A DNA stretch of 61,165 nt, the filler included. It is 4 parts of 4 records of this genome, joined end to end, with 100 filler letters (N's around TTAATTAATTAA, not from the genome) between each part and the next. Parts side by side here need not be neighbours in the genome. Positions count along the whole stretch, not along the records: positions 1 to 29,927 come from DRR723986_11140; 3 more parts are not named here. One strand, 5' to 3'. Made by a program: the position numbers and the translations under genes. Positions 1 through 9,902 of this stretch are shown here, in pieces. The stretch's first letter is position 1, and each line of letters begins with the position of its first letter. A model generated the notes under the pieces. It was not told the origin of the DNA and did no database searches. It saw only the letters and a list, made by a program, of their open reading frames with translations.

Positions 1-1
1 A

Positions 2-223
2 CGTTTTTTCCGTCGTCGTAAGTTTTGCCGTTTCACCGCTGAAGGCGCCAAGGAGATCGATTACAAGGATCTCGAGACGCTTAAGGCCTACGTCTCAGAA
101 ACCGGCAAGATTGTTCCCAGCCGGATTACCGGTACCAAGGCGAAGTACCAGCGTCAGCTGGCTACGGCCGTCAAGCGCGCGCGCTTCCTGGCCCTGCTGC
201 CGTACTCGGATTCGCACAGCTAA
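2..223 (+). CDS. rpsR: 30S ribosomal protein S18 (5' partial)
   Basis: Manual translation [23 protein letters not shown]...[11 protein letters not shown]...[12 protein letters not shown] at 221-223; upstream of rplI. Confidence 0.97.
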   Translation, partial: RFFRRRKFCRFTAEGAKEIDYKDLETLKAYVSETGKIVPSRITGTKAKYQRQLATAVKRARFLALLPYSDSHS

Positions 224-274
224 GTATCCGGTTCCTGTCGCGTTGTCCGTGTCCCCGGGGCTGAGGCATTTGCT

Positions 275-1177
275 GTGAAAGCCCTGGCGGAGTTCGTAAT
301 GCGCGGCCGCTTCCAGGCGCTGCTGGTTGCAGTAGCCGGCGCTGGAAGCCTGATGTTTTGCTGGATCAGTGCCGCGGTAGTGGCGCTGGTCACCCTCCGC
401 AAGGGAGCGGGGGAGGGCGCCTGGTTGTTGATGTGGGCGCTATTGCCGGCGGGCGTGTTGGCCTTCGCCTTCGGCGACAGTGGGCCGGCAGCGCTGTTAT
501 TGGGTTGCATGGGTCTGGCGCTGGTATTGCGCGGCACGGTCAGCCTGACGCTGGCGGTGCTGGCAAGTGTTGCGGTCGGTCTGCTGACCGGCGTCGCGCT
601 GCTGGCGTTCAGCGGTGCGTTCCTGGAGCAGATGGTTGTCTTTTTTGGCGACTTCCTGGCCAGCCTGGAACAGCAGCTGGCCGCGGGCTCCGGGGAAACT
701 GTTGAGCTGGTAAAGCCGACCGCATTACAGATCGCCGGAATGATGGGCGCCGGCAACGCGATGTTGAGCGTGCTGTGCCTGCTGCTGGCGCGCTACTGGC
801 AGGCGGCGCTGTTCAATCCCGGCGGTTTTGGCCAGGAGTTTCGGGCGCTGCGCTACCCGGCGGGCCTGGCCACGGCGCTGGCTCTCGGGGTGCTCGCCAC
901 AGCGAGTCTGGGTCTGGAGTATCGGGCATGGGCAGTGATTTTCGCCCTGCCGCTGAATTTTGCCGGCGTCGCGCTGGTGCATGCCCGGGTTGCTGCCCGG
1001 GGGCAGGGCGCGGGTTGGCTCACCGGGTTTTACCTGGCGTGGGTCATTTTTGACCCGGTGAAATTGTTCGTGGTGTTTTTTGCGCTTGCGGACAGCTGGA
1101 TGGATTTTCGCCGGCGCTGGAACGGGCCTGATAAAGGCCCGCCTGCCGAGCGGGACGACGGCGAAGGCCGTTCATAG
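275..1177 (+). CDS. Polytopic membrane protein (YybS/DUF2232-like)
   Basis: Many hydrophobic helices; sits between rpsR and rplI as in Pseudomonas-like gammaproteobacteria. Confidence 0.75.
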   Translation: MKALAEFVMRGRFQALLVAVAGAGSLMFCWISAAVVALVTLRKGAGEGAWLLMWALLPAGVLAFAFGDSGPAALLLGCMGLALVLRGTVSLTLAVLASVAVGLLTGVALLAFSGAFLEQMVVFFGDFLASLEQQLAAGSGETVELVKPTALQIAGMMGAGNAMLSVLCLLLARYWQAALFNPGGFGQEFRALRYPAGLATALALGVLATASLGLEYRAWAVIFALPLNFAGVALVHARVAARGQGAGWLTGFYLAWVIFDPVKLFVVFFALADSWMDFRRRWNGPDKGPPAERDDGEGRS

Positions 1178-1223
1178 AATTGCTAACCGGGGGTCATGAC
1201 CCCCCGAAAGAGAGGATAGTAAG

Positions 1224-1673
1224 ATGGAAGTCATTTTGCTGGAAAACGTCGTCAACCTGGGGAGCCTGGGTGACAAGGTCGACGTGAAAGCTGGCTACGG
1301 CCGTAATTTCCTGATTCCGCAGGGCAAAGCTGTGCCCGCCACGGCGGATAACGTGGCCCAGTTCGAAGTGCGTCGCGCGGAACTGGAAGCGGCCGCTGCC
1401 GAAGCGAACGCGGCTGCCGAGGCCCGTGCCGAAGCGATCAATGCCCTTGGCCTGATTACCATCGAAGCCAATGCCGGTGAAGAAGGCAAGCTGTTCGGCT
1501 CCGTGGGCACTCGTGATATTGCCGACGCCGTTACTGCGGCGGGCTGCGAAATCGACAAATCCGAGGTACGCCTGCCGGAAGGCGCGCTGCGCGATCTGGG
1601 AGAGTACGAAGTCGCAATCCAGCTGCTGGGCGATATCTCCGCCAGCGTCGCAATTGCGGTGGTTCCCGAGTAA
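1224..1673 (+). CDS. rplI: 50S ribosomal protein L9
   Basis: MEVILLE...[16 protein letters not shown]...[15 protein letters not shown] upstream. Confidence 0.98.
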   Translation: MEVILLENVVNLGSLGDKVDVKAGYGRNFLIPQGKAVPATADNVAQFEVRRAELEAAAAEANAAAEARAEAINALGLITIEANAGEEGKLFGSVGTRDIADAVTAAGCEIDKSEVRLPEGALRDLGEYEVAIQLLGDISASVAIAVVPE

Positions 1674-1818
1674 AGCGCGGATTGATGCGTCCCGCCAGGG
1701 ATCGCAATCCCGATGTGATGCACCGGCCGACAGCGGCCGGTGTATTTTTTTGGCTTTTACTTCAGCTACCTGCCCAATTCCGCTAACCTGACCGACCGCC
1801 GAGCGGAAACCGAGGCCG

Positions 1819-3225
1819 ATGGCAGAAGCTGATTTTCCACCCAATGTCTCCGAATTGCCCTACCCGGGCGATGTCGACATTGCGCGAATCAAAATGCACC
1901 CCCACTCTATCGAGGCTGAGCGTTCCGTGCTCGGTGGCCTGCTGTTGTCCGCGGATGGCTGGGATGCGATTGCCGAACTGATCAGCCCATCGGACTTCTA
2001 CCGACCGGATCACCGGCTGATTTTCCGCCAGATTGCCAAGCTTGCGGAAGATTCCGAACCGGTCGACGTGATCACCGTTGCCGACAAGCTGGAGGCCCGT
2101 GGAGAGCTCGACGCGGCCGGGGGCCTGACTTATCTCACCGAACTTGCCCAGAGTACGCCCAGCGCGTCGAATATTCGCGCCTACGCAACAGCGGTGCGCG
2201 AACGTGCCAGCCTGCGCAAGCTGATCGAGGCTGCCCAGCAGATCGCCGAGAGTGGTTTCAACCCGGAAGGCCGTAGCTCCGATGAACTCATCGATGAGGC
2301 CGAATACCGGATCATGCAGATTTCGGAGCAGGGCCCCAAGGCCGGCGGACCGCAGGAGGTCAACCCGCTGCTGCAGGGCGCCCTCGCCCGCATCGAGGAA
2401 TTGTTCCACTCCGGCGGTGACATCACGGGCCTCAGCACCGGCTTCACCGATCTCGACCGCATGACCTCCGGCCTGCAGCCATCGGACCTGGTCATCGTGG
2501 CCGGGCGACCCTCGATGGGCAAGACCAGCTTCGCGATGAACCTGGTGGAATATGCCGCCCTGGCGCAGGACAAGCCGATCCTCGTATTCAGTATGGAGAT
2601 GCCGGCAGAGCAGTTGATTATCCGGATGTTGTCCTCTCTCGGGCGCATCGACCAGACCCGCATCCGCAACGGCAAGCTGGAGCAGGAGGACTGGCCCAAG
2701 CTGTCGGCTGCCGTGAGCAAACTCAAGGACGTGCCGTTGCTGATCGACGACACGCCGGCCCTGACGCCCACCGAACTGCGCGCAAGGGCCCGCAGGATCC
2801 AGCGCGAACATGGCCAGATCGGCATGATCATGGTCGACTACCTGCAATTGATGCAGATCGCCGGCTCAGGCGAGGGGCGAACTGCGGAAATCTCGGAGAT
2901 CTCGCGGAATCTCAAGGCCATTGCCAAGGAATTCAAGTGTCCGATGGTCGCCCTGTCCCAGCTCAATCGCTCCCTGGAACAACGGCCCAACAAGCGGCCG
3001 GTGAACTCTGACCTGCGTGAATCGGGCGCCATCGAGCAGGATGCCGATGTGATCATGTTCATCTACCGGGACGAGGTCTATAACGAGGAGTCTCCGGACA
3101 AGGGGACTGCAGAAATCATCATCGGCAAGCAGCGTAATGGCCCGATCGGTACCTGCCGGCTGGCTTTTATCGGGCCCTATACCCGTTTCGAGAACCTGGC
3201 TCGCGGCAACTACGCCGATAACTGA
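1819..3225 (+). CDS. dnaB: Replicative DNA helicase
   Basis: PHSIEAERSVLGG, Walker A GRPSMGKT, DYLQL, LSQLNR, DLRESGAIEQDAD, KQRNGP. Confidence 0.98.
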   Translation: MAEADFPPNVSELPYPGDVDIARIKMHPHSIEAERSVLGGLLLSADGWDAIAELISPSDFYRPDHRLIFRQIAKLAEDSEPVDVITVADKLEARGELDAAGGLTYLTELAQSTPSASNIRAYATAVRERASLRKLIEAAQQIAESGFNPEGRSSDELIDEAEYRIMQISEQGPKAGGPQEVNPLLQGALARIEELFHSGGDITGLSTGFTDLDRMTSGLQPSDLVIVAGRPSMGKTSFAMNLVEYAALAQDKPILVFSMEMPAEQLIIRMLSSLGRIDQTRIRNGKLEQEDWPKLSAAVSKLKDVPLLIDDTPALTPTELRARARRIQREHGQIGMIMVDYLQLMQIAGSGEGRTAEISEISRNLKAIAKEFKCPMVALSQLNRSLEQRPNKRPVNSDLRESGAIEQDADVIMFIYRDEVYNEESPDKGTAEIIIGKQRNGPIGTCRLAFIGPYTRFENLARGNYADN

Positions 3226-3231
3226 GCCCGG

Positions 3232-3903
3232 CTAGACCCCTGTCTCCTGCCGCAGCCGGCGCAGTTCCGCCAGCTGTTGCTCCGCTGTCAGCGGCTGTGC
3301 CGGTGCCTGCTCCAGTGCCTCGGGTGCCGGAATATCCAGTTGTTCGCCGCGCATCGCGGCAGTCACATAGTGCTGGTAGTGGTCGCGAAATACGGGCCAG
3401 GTCTGGCGCTCCGGGTTATTCCCGAGGAAGAACCAGTCGCTGTCGCGGCCTGCCAGGTAGACCGCCGGGTGGCTCCAGGCCTGCGCCGATTTTGGCGAAC
3501 CCGCCCGGCAGGCCTCGATATAGGCGTCATGGGGCGCAGGCAGGCCGAGGTCTGACAGGCTCTGGCGGCAGCACTCGAGCATGCGGTTCAGGGTTGGCAG
3601 GTACTCGCTGTGCTCGATGGCGTGCCGGGCGCCTCGCAGAATCTGCTCCACCGGGTAGTCGGCCAGCGAGTCCAGCCACAGCTTCTTGATCTGCTTCAGT
3701 TGTTCGGCGTCCGGGAAGGCGGCGTAATACTGGTTATGGTAATTGAGGCGGAACAGGGCGAAGACCTGGTTGATGGCCTCGACATGGGCTTCGGAGCCCG
3801 GTCGACGTCTCGGCTCAGTCTGCCCAGCTGGTGTCGCTGAGGTCGTCTGCGAGGCTTCTATCCCGCGTGCGACCTGTTGAATGAGATCCTTGCTGTCCGC
3901 CAT
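3232..3903 (-). CDS. Lambda P-like replication protein (DopE-like helicase loader)
   Basis: INQVFALF..., KKLWL, YLPTL, WSHPAVYLAG motifs resemble phage replication protein P; adjacent to dnaB and overlaps the upstream DnaT-repeat gene. Confidence 0.75.
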   Translation of the reverse strand: MADSKDLIQQVARGIEASQTTSATPAGQTEPRRRPGSEAHVEAINQVFALFRLNYHNQYYAAFPDAEQLKQIKKLWLDSLADYPVEQILRGARHAIEHSEYLPTLNRMLECCRQSLSDLGLPAPHDAYIEACRAGSPKSAQAWSHPAVYLAGRDSDWFFLGNNPERQTWPVFRDHYQHYVTAAMRGEQLDIPAPEALEQAPAQPLTAEQQLAELRRLRQETGV

Positions 3904-4939
3904 GGTCCGCTTCCGTGTTGCCCAGCTGGTGACGCCGGGCCCAGTTGTATTTTACATGCTGCAGGAACTTGCTGTTCCAGGAGGTATGTACCTGGTTGCT
4001 GTCCCGCCAGTAAAGGATGAACTCCGGGATCAGCGAGTGCGCGTAGTCCCGGTCGATATGGGCCATGTCGAGGATATCGTAAACATCCGCGCTGGGCTGC
4101 CATTGTTCACTGATCCGCGCCGGTTCGGTGCTGTGCTCCAGGCCGGAGCTGAAGCGGTTCCACTGTAAGCGGATGTGCTGGATGAACTTCGAGTTGAGCC
4201 CCTCCGGCGTGCTGCCCCGCTCGCGCCAGTAGAGGATGAACTCGGGGATGGTCTGCTCGATGAAGCGCGGGTCGATGCCGTCCCGGGTCATGATTTCCAT
4301 TGCATCGGCACTGGGTCGCCAGTGCCGGTCGAGGACGGTTGCCTCCTGCACCCGGAAGCTTTCCGCCTGGTCCTGCTGCGCCTTACGCCAGCGGCTGGTC
4401 ACGTGCTGGCGGAACTTGTTCTCCCAGGCGTGGTTCGCATCACCCCGTTCCCGCCAGTAAAAGATGAAGTCTTCCAGTTGGTCCAGGGCGAACTGCCGCG
4501 GTATGTTGTGGTTCAGGCCGAGCAGCTGCAGCAGGTCCTCACTGGGGGACCAGCTGGCTGACAGCCGTGCGGGGCTGCGTCGATTGCCGCCCGGGGATGG
4601 TGCAGGCGCTGCCGGCGCTGCAGGGCGCAGTGGCTCGTTGAAGGCGAATACCAGACGCTCCTCGCTGTGGATGGGCGGTGAGTCGACCAGCAGCACGCCC
4701 TTGTCCACCAGGTTGCGAAGTACCCGGTGCAGGTCAATGGCGTTCCAGAAGGGGAGGCTGCGTAACAGGTAGTCGCGCTCAACGCTGAGCCAGGCAAAAC
4801 CGCCTCGCGCCTGGGCCGCCAGGTGGCTGGTCAATTCCTGCAGGTGCTGCGCAAGGATAGCCTCCTCCAGCCCGATGGTCGCCGCCAGGCCGGGGGAGAA
4901 AACCAGCTGGCGTTCGGGGACCAGGGAGGAGTCGGACAT
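3815..4939 (-). CDS. Protein with three DnaT-like ssDNA-binding repeats (DopC-like, lambda O-derived)
   Basis: Three copies of WxPSxD...EFIxYWR...xxKFxQH; start placed at ATG 4939 (MSDSSL). Confidence 0.75.
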   Translation of the reverse strand: MSDSSLVPERQLVFSPGLAATIGLEEAILAQHLQELTSHLAAQARGGFAWLSVERDYLLRSLPFWNAIDLHRVLRNLVDKGVLLVDSPPIHSEERLVFAFNEPLRPAAPAAPAPSPGGNRRSPARLSASWSPSEDLLQLLGLNHNIPRQFALDQLEDFIFYWRERGDANHAWENKFRQHVTSRWRKAQQDQAESFRVQEATVLDRHWRPSADAMEIMTRDGIDPRFIEQTIPEFILYWRERGSTPEGLNSKFIQHIRLQWNRFSSGLEHSTEPARISEQWQPSADVYDILDMAHIDRDYAHSLIPEFILYWRDSNQVHTSWNSKFLQHVKYNWARRHQLGNTEADHGGQQGSHSTGRTRDRSLADDLSDTSWAD

Positions 4940-5030
4940 GCTGTCGCCGTCGGGAGCAAAAGGTCTGCTAGGATACCGAGCTTGCCGGTCCAGGTGTAGC
5001 GCACGGCACTGATTTCTTTCGGGGTTATTC

Positions 5031-6404
5031 ATGGCAAAACAGAAAACCGCCTTTGTTTGTAATGACTGTGGGTCGGACTACAGCAAATGGCAGGGCCAAT
5101 GCAGTGACTGCGGGGCCTGGAACACGCTTACCGAGATCCGTCTCGGTCCCGCCAAGGCGGGCGCCCGCGCCACTGGCGCCGGTCGCAGCGGCTTCTCCGG
5201 CCAGCTCGCCGAGGCCCGGGTACTGGCGGACATCGATTTTGAGGATCTGCCCCGTTTCAGCAGTGGCGCCGGCGAGTTCGACCGGGTGCTGGGCGGTGGT
5301 CTGGTGCCCGGTTCCGCCATCCTCGTGGGCGGCAACCCGGGCGCTGGCAAGAGCACCCTGTTGCTGCAGACCATGTGTCATCTGGCGGCGAATATGGAAG
5401 CCCTCTATGTCACCGGGGAGGAATCGCCGCAACAGGTAGCGATGCGGGCCCGCCGCCTGTCCCTGCCTGCGGACCGCCTGCGGCTGATGGCGGAAACCGG
5501 GGTCGAGGCCATCATCGCTGCCGCCGAGGAATACAAGCCCCGGGTACTGGTGGTGGACTCTATCCAGGTCGTTCACTCCGACGACATCGCCTCGGCGCCG
5601 GGTAGCGTCTCCCAGGTGCGCGAGTGCGCCGCCTACCTCATCCGGTATGCCAAGCGCAGCGGTACCGTGCTGTTCCTGGTGGGGCATGTGACCAAGGACG
5701 GCAGTCTCGCCGGCCCCAAGGTGCTGGAACACATGATCGACTGTTCCATCCTGCTGGAAGGCAGTGATGACTCGCGGTTCCGCACCTTGCGTGGCCAGAA
5801 GAATCGCTTCGGGGCGGTCAATGAACTGGGTATCTTCGCGATGACCGACCGCGGCATGCGCGAGGTGAAGAACCCGTCGGCAATTTTCCTCGATCGCAGT
5901 GACGAGCCGTCCTCAGGTAGTGCGGTGATGGTGGTCTGGGAGGGCACCCGGCCGCTGCTGGTGGAAATCCAGGCGCTGGTGGATGACAGCCAACTCGGTA
6001 ATCCTCGGCGGGTGGCGGTGGGGCTGGAGCAAAACCGGCTGGCGATGCTGTTGGCGGTGCTGCACCGGCATGGCGGCTTACAGGTCGGAGACCAGGACGT
6101 GTTCGCCAATGTGGTCGGCGGGGTCAAGGTGCTGGAAACCAGTGCCGACCTCGCCCTGCTGCTGGCAATTGTCTCCAGCTTTCGCGACCGCCAGTTGCCC
6201 CGGGATATGGTGATTTTTGGCGAGGTGGGCCTGTCCGGCGAGATTCGCCCGGTGCCCAGTGGCCAGGAGCGACTGGCGGAGGCCGCCAAGCACGGCTTCA
6301 AGCGCGCAATCGTGCCTCGGGGCAACGCCCCCCGGGATGCTATCGCCGGGATGACGGTGCACCCGGTGAATCGGCTGTCGGAGGCGCTCTCTATCCTCGA
6401 CTGA
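5031..6404 (+). CDS. radA: DNA repair protein RadA/Sms
   Basis: CxxCG...WQGQCxxC zinc finger, GNPGAGKST, KNRFG, Lon-like C terminus. Confidence 0.98.
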   Translation: MAKQKTAFVCNDCGSDYSKWQGQCSDCGAWNTLTEIRLGPAKAGARATGAGRSGFSGQLAEARVLADIDFEDLPRFSSGAGEFDRVLGGGLVPGSAILVGGNPGAGKSTLLLQTMCHLAANMEALYVTGEESPQQVAMRARRLSLPADRLRLMAETGVEAIIAAAEEYKPRVLVVDSIQVVHSDDIASAPGSVSQVRECAAYLIRYAKRSGTVLFLVGHVTKDGSLAGPKVLEHMIDCSILLEGSDDSRFRTLRGQKNRFGAVNELGIFAMTDRGMREVKNPSAIFLDRSDEPSSGSAVMVVWEGTRPLLVEIQALVDDSQLGNPRRVAVGLEQNRLAMLLAVLHRHGGLQVGDQDVFANVVGGVKVLETSADLALLLAIVSSFRDRQLPRDMVIFGEVGLSGEIRPVPSGQERLAEAAKHGFKRAIVPRGNAPRDAIAGMTVHPVNRLSEALSILD

Positions 6405-6530
6405 ACCCCTGGGCCGGGTGGCGGCGCGTTTAGCAGCTTTCTCATTTGGCATTTGCGAATTTGCGTCTATATTCAATCAAGGCTCTATAAAAGAACCACC
6501 AAGAACAATAATCCTCGGGGGGGGAAAGTT

Positions 6531-9017
6531 GTGCCGGAAAGGTACGCGATAGCCATTGTAGGCGCCGGGCCCGCGGGCCTCAGTGCGGCCGGTCGTGCGG
6601 CAGAATACGATCGGGAAAGTGGCGCCACGTCACCCAGCTACATCCTCCTCGAAGGTTTCGATACCTTCGCCAAGACCATCCAGAAGTACCAGAAAGGCAA
6701 GCACGTCATGGACGAGCCTGGCTTCTTGCAGCTGCGCAGTCCGGTGCCGTTCACGGCGGGTAAACGTGAGGAGATTCTTGGTGCCTGGCAGCAGAGCCTG
6801 GATGCCGGTATTCACATCCGCTACGGGGTTGAGGTCACAGCGATCCAGGGTGAACTCGGCAACTTCACCCTGAGTATCGGTGGTGGTGAGACCATCGAGG
6901 CGGAAAACATCGTCCTGTCCATCGGTACCCAGGGCAACCCACGCTACCTGGGCGTCGACGGTGACCGTGAGTCAGATTTTGTCCGCTATACCCTGGATGA
7001 CCCGGCGGACTTCAAGGGTGAGACCATTATGGTCGTTGGCGCCGGCGACGCCGCGATCGAGAACGCTATTGCCCTGGCCGATTACAACGCGGTGTACATC
7101 GTCAACCGGCGCAACGAATTCAGCCGGGCCAAGGATGGTAACTTGAATGCCGTTCTGGCGGCGATCAATGACAAGAGCAACCGGTTCTACTGTCGCTACG
7201 AGGCGTCGGTCAATCGCCTGGAATTGCCCAGCGAGCCGGGTGGCCTGGGCGCCATGGTGCTCAATACACCGTCAGGCGAGGAGCGTATTGAATGCCACCG
7301 GATTATTGCCCGCCTGGGCACGGTGCCACCGCGCAGCTTCGTCGAATCCTGTGGCATCGAGATCAGCGGTGACAGCGCCGATGCGGTGCCGGATGTCGAT
7401 CGGCATTACCAGAGTAACGTCCCCGGGCTATACATCATTGGCGCTCTGGGCGGTTATCCGCTGATCAAGCAGGCCATGAACCAGGGCTATGATGTCGTCG
7501 AGTTCATCAACGGCAGGGACACCAAGCCGGCGGATTACCCCCTGCTGCAAAGCCAGTTCTCGGGCCTGCCTTATGTGATGGATGCCGAGGATGTGCTCTC
7601 GTTGTACCAGAGCCGGGTGCCCATGTTCCGCCGGATGAACCCCCTCGCTTTCCGCGAACTGATCATCGAGAGCCGGATCATCGTCAGCCTGCCCCCGGCC
7701 GATATGGCCCATGCGCCACCGCCGGCTGACCGGTCGACCGCGTTTGTGCCCGCCGATGAGCCGGTGTACAGCCACGGTGAATTCAGCACCACCTTCTATA
7801 CCATTGTGGAAGGTGAGGTGCAGATGCAGCTCGAAGAAGATGGGCCATTGCATACCCTCAAGCCCGGCCAGTTTTTCGGCGAAATGAGCCTGATCTCCGG
7901 GCGCCCGCGCCAGGGTTCGGCGGTGGTCGGTCGCGATTGCATCCTGATCGAGACCCCGCGTCGGATCATGGTCAAGCTGATGAACTCCAATGAGCAGGTG
8001 CGCACCGGGATTGACCGGGTGTTCATCATGCGCGCCCTGCAGTCGGCGTTCCGGCCCACACTGGAGCTGGCCCAGCTGGCAGATATTGCCGGCCGAGTCG
8101 AGCCCTGCCAGTTCAAGGCAGGTGAAACCCTGTTTACCGAGGGCGAGGCGGGAGACTGCCTGCACCTGGTACGCAGTGGTACGGTGATCCTGTCTCGCGG
8201 CAGCGCTGACCTGGTGGTGGCTCAACAGCACTCCGGGGAGTTGGTCGGTCAGATGGCGCTGATGGGAGCACCCCTGAGGCGTGACACTGCCACTGCCGCG
8301 GTGCGCACCGAGACCCTGTTGATCAGGCAGCCCGAGTTCCTCGCCCTGGTCAACAGCCAGCCCGACCATATCGGTGTCTTGCAGGGACGCCTGACCGAGT
8401 TACTCAAGAAATCCAATACCATGGCCTCGCAGCCGGAAGCGGCCCGGGCCATCGGTTTCCTGATGGAGCAGGGCCTTGGGGAAGCGACCAATGCCCTGGT
8501 TATCGACGAAGCCCTGTGCGTCGGCTGTGACAATTGCGAGCGTGCCTGCGCCGAGACCCATGGGGGTATTTCCCGGCTTAACCGGGAGTCCGGGGCCTCC
8601 CTGGCTAATCTCCATGTGCCGATTTCCTGTCGTCATTGCGAACTGCCGCACTGCATGAAGGACTGCCCGCCGGATGCGATTCGCCGAGCCCCAAATGGTG
8701 AGGTTTTCATTACCGACAGCTGCATTGGCTGCGGCAACTGTGAGACCAACTGCCCCTACGATGCGATCAAGTTGAGCTATGCGGCACCACCCAAGCCAGG
8801 CCTGCTGTCCTGGCTGTTCCTGGGCCGCGGCCCCGGGCCGGGTGAGCCAGAGCACTTCCAACCCACCGCCGAGTCCAAGGACGTGGGCAAGAAGGCGGTC
8901 AAGTGCGATGCCTGTATGGGACAGGCTGGTGGCCCGGCCTGCGTTCGGGCCTGCCCCACCGGGGCGGCGATCAGGCTCTCCCCGGAACAATTTGTTGAAT
9001 TGGTGGAAGCGCGATGA
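6531..9017 (+). CDS. FAD/NAD(P)H oxidoreductase fused to two cyclic-nucleotide-binding domains and a 4x[4Fe-4S] domain
   Basis: GAGPAG and GAGDAA Rossmann motifs; FGEMSLISGRPR and VGQMALMGAPLRRDTATA cNMP cassettes; CVGCDNCERAC, CRHCELPHCMKDCP, CIGCGNCETNCP, CDAC...CVRACP; GTG start after a G-rich RBS. Confidence 0.88.
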   Translation: MPERYAIAIVGAGPAGLSAAGRAAEYDRESGATSPSYILLEGFDTFAKTIQKYQKGKHVMDEPGFLQLRSPVPFTAGKREEILGAWQQSLDAGIHIRYGVEVTAIQGELGNFTLSIGGGETIEAENIVLSIGTQGNPRYLGVDGDRESDFVRYTLDDPADFKGETIMVVGAGDAAIENAIALADYNAVYIVNRRNEFSRAKDGNLNAVLAAINDKSNRFYCRYEASVNRLELPSEPGGLGAMVLNTPSGEERIECHRIIARLGTVPPRSFVESCGIEISGDSADAVPDVDRHYQSNVPGLYIIGALGGYPLIKQAMNQGYDVVEFINGRDTKPADYPLLQSQFSGLPYVMDAEDVLSLYQSRVPMFRRMNPLAFRELIIESRIIVSLPPADMAHAPPPADRSTAFVPADEPVYSHGEFSTTFYTIVEGEVQMQLEEDGPLHTLKPGQFFGEMSLISGRPRQGSAVVGRDCILIETPRRIMVKLMNSNEQVRTGIDRVFIMRALQSAFRPTLELAQLADIAGRVEPCQFKAGETLFTEGEAGDCLHLVRSGTVILSRGSADLVVAQQHSGELVGQMALMGAPLRRDTATAAVRTETLLIRQPEFLALVNSQPDHIGVLQGRLTELLKKSNTMASQPEAARAIGFLMEQGLGEATNALVIDEALCVGCDNCERACAETHGGISRLNRESGASLANLHVPISCRHCELPHCMKDCPPDAIRRAPNGEVFITDSCIGCGNCETNCPYDAIKLSYAAPPKPGLLSWLFLGRGPGPGEPEHFQPTAESKDVGKKAVKCDACMGQAGGPACVRACPTGAAIRLSPEQFVELVEAR

Positions 9018-9898
9018 GCCTGCGCCAGACTGTGCTTGGCTGGAACCGCCATGCCTACCTCAAGTGGGGCGTGCTGGTCATCATTGTCAGTGCAGCGCTA
9101 TACATCAGCCAGTGGTGGAGTGCGAGCCAGCCGCCCAATGGCGGGACCTGGCAGGGCTATGTGCTGGGCACTGCCGGTGCCCTGCTGATTCTCTGGCTGT
9201 CACTGCTTGGGATCCGCAAGCGCAGCTACCGTTCCAACATGGGTACGGTGCAGGGCTGGACCTCGGCCCATGTCTATCTCGGCAGCGCGCTGCTGGTGAT
9301 TGCAACCCTGCACTGCGCCATGCAGTTCGGCTGGAATGTGCATACCCTGGCCTACGCTTTGATGTGCCTAGTCATCTTCTCCGGTTTCTACGGCATCTAC
9401 GTCTATGTTCACCTGCCTGAGCGTATGGCCGCCAACAGCGCGGAGAAAGACCGCGCCCGTTGGCTGGACGAGCTCGATGACCTGGACGCCAGCATCCGTG
9501 ACGTGGTGCAGCGCTGTGACGCCGAGTTACAAAGCATGGCCTTGTCGGCCCTCGAACTGACCCGGTTCGGTGGCTCGGCGTGGCACCAGCTGAGCGCCCG
9601 GGATTACTCGCGCCTGCAGCCGCCTGGTGGCGGCCGGCCGGTGGCCAACAAAGAACAGGCGGTAATATTGCAGACCCTTGCCGAGCGCATACCGAATGCG
9701 CGCAAACGTTCCGAGGCCGAAGTACTGAATGAGCTATTGGCGCTGTTCGGTCGCCGCCAGGTGATCCTGCACGTGCTGCGCAAGGACATCCAGCTCAAGG
9801 GGCTGGTCAAGGTCTGGCTGTATCTGCACATCCCGCTGACCCTGGCGCTGCTGGTCGCGCTGGTCATCCATATTCTCTCTGTCTTTATTTACTGGTAA
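9014..9898 (+). CDS. Inner-membrane protein, predicted di-heme b type
   Basis: Several TM helices; two H-x13-H pairs (HVYLGSALLVIATLH, HIPLTLALLVALVIH); ATGA overlap with upstream gene. Confidence 0.7.
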   Translation: MSLRQTVLGWNRHAYLKWGVLVIIVSAALYISQWWSASQPPNGGTWQGYVLGTAGALLILWLSLLGIRKRSYRSNMGTVQGWTSAHVYLGSALLVIATLHCAMQFGWNVHTLAYALMCLVIFSGFYGIYVYVHLPERMAANSAEKDRARWLDELDDLDASIRDVVQRCDAELQSMALSALELTRFGGSAWHQLSARDYSRLQPPGGGRPVANKEQAVILQTLAERIPNARKRSEAEVLNELLALFGRRQVILHVLRKDIQLKGLVKVWLYLHIPLTLALLVALVIHILSVFIYW

Positions 9899-9902
9899 CG
9901 CC

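Noticed and set aside
3232-4939. Prophage remnant
   Set aside because: No integrase, structural or other phage genes; flanked by core genes
6447-6464. TGGC...TTGC sigma54-like promoter before the redox operon
   Set aside because: GG-to-GC spacing is 13, not the required 10
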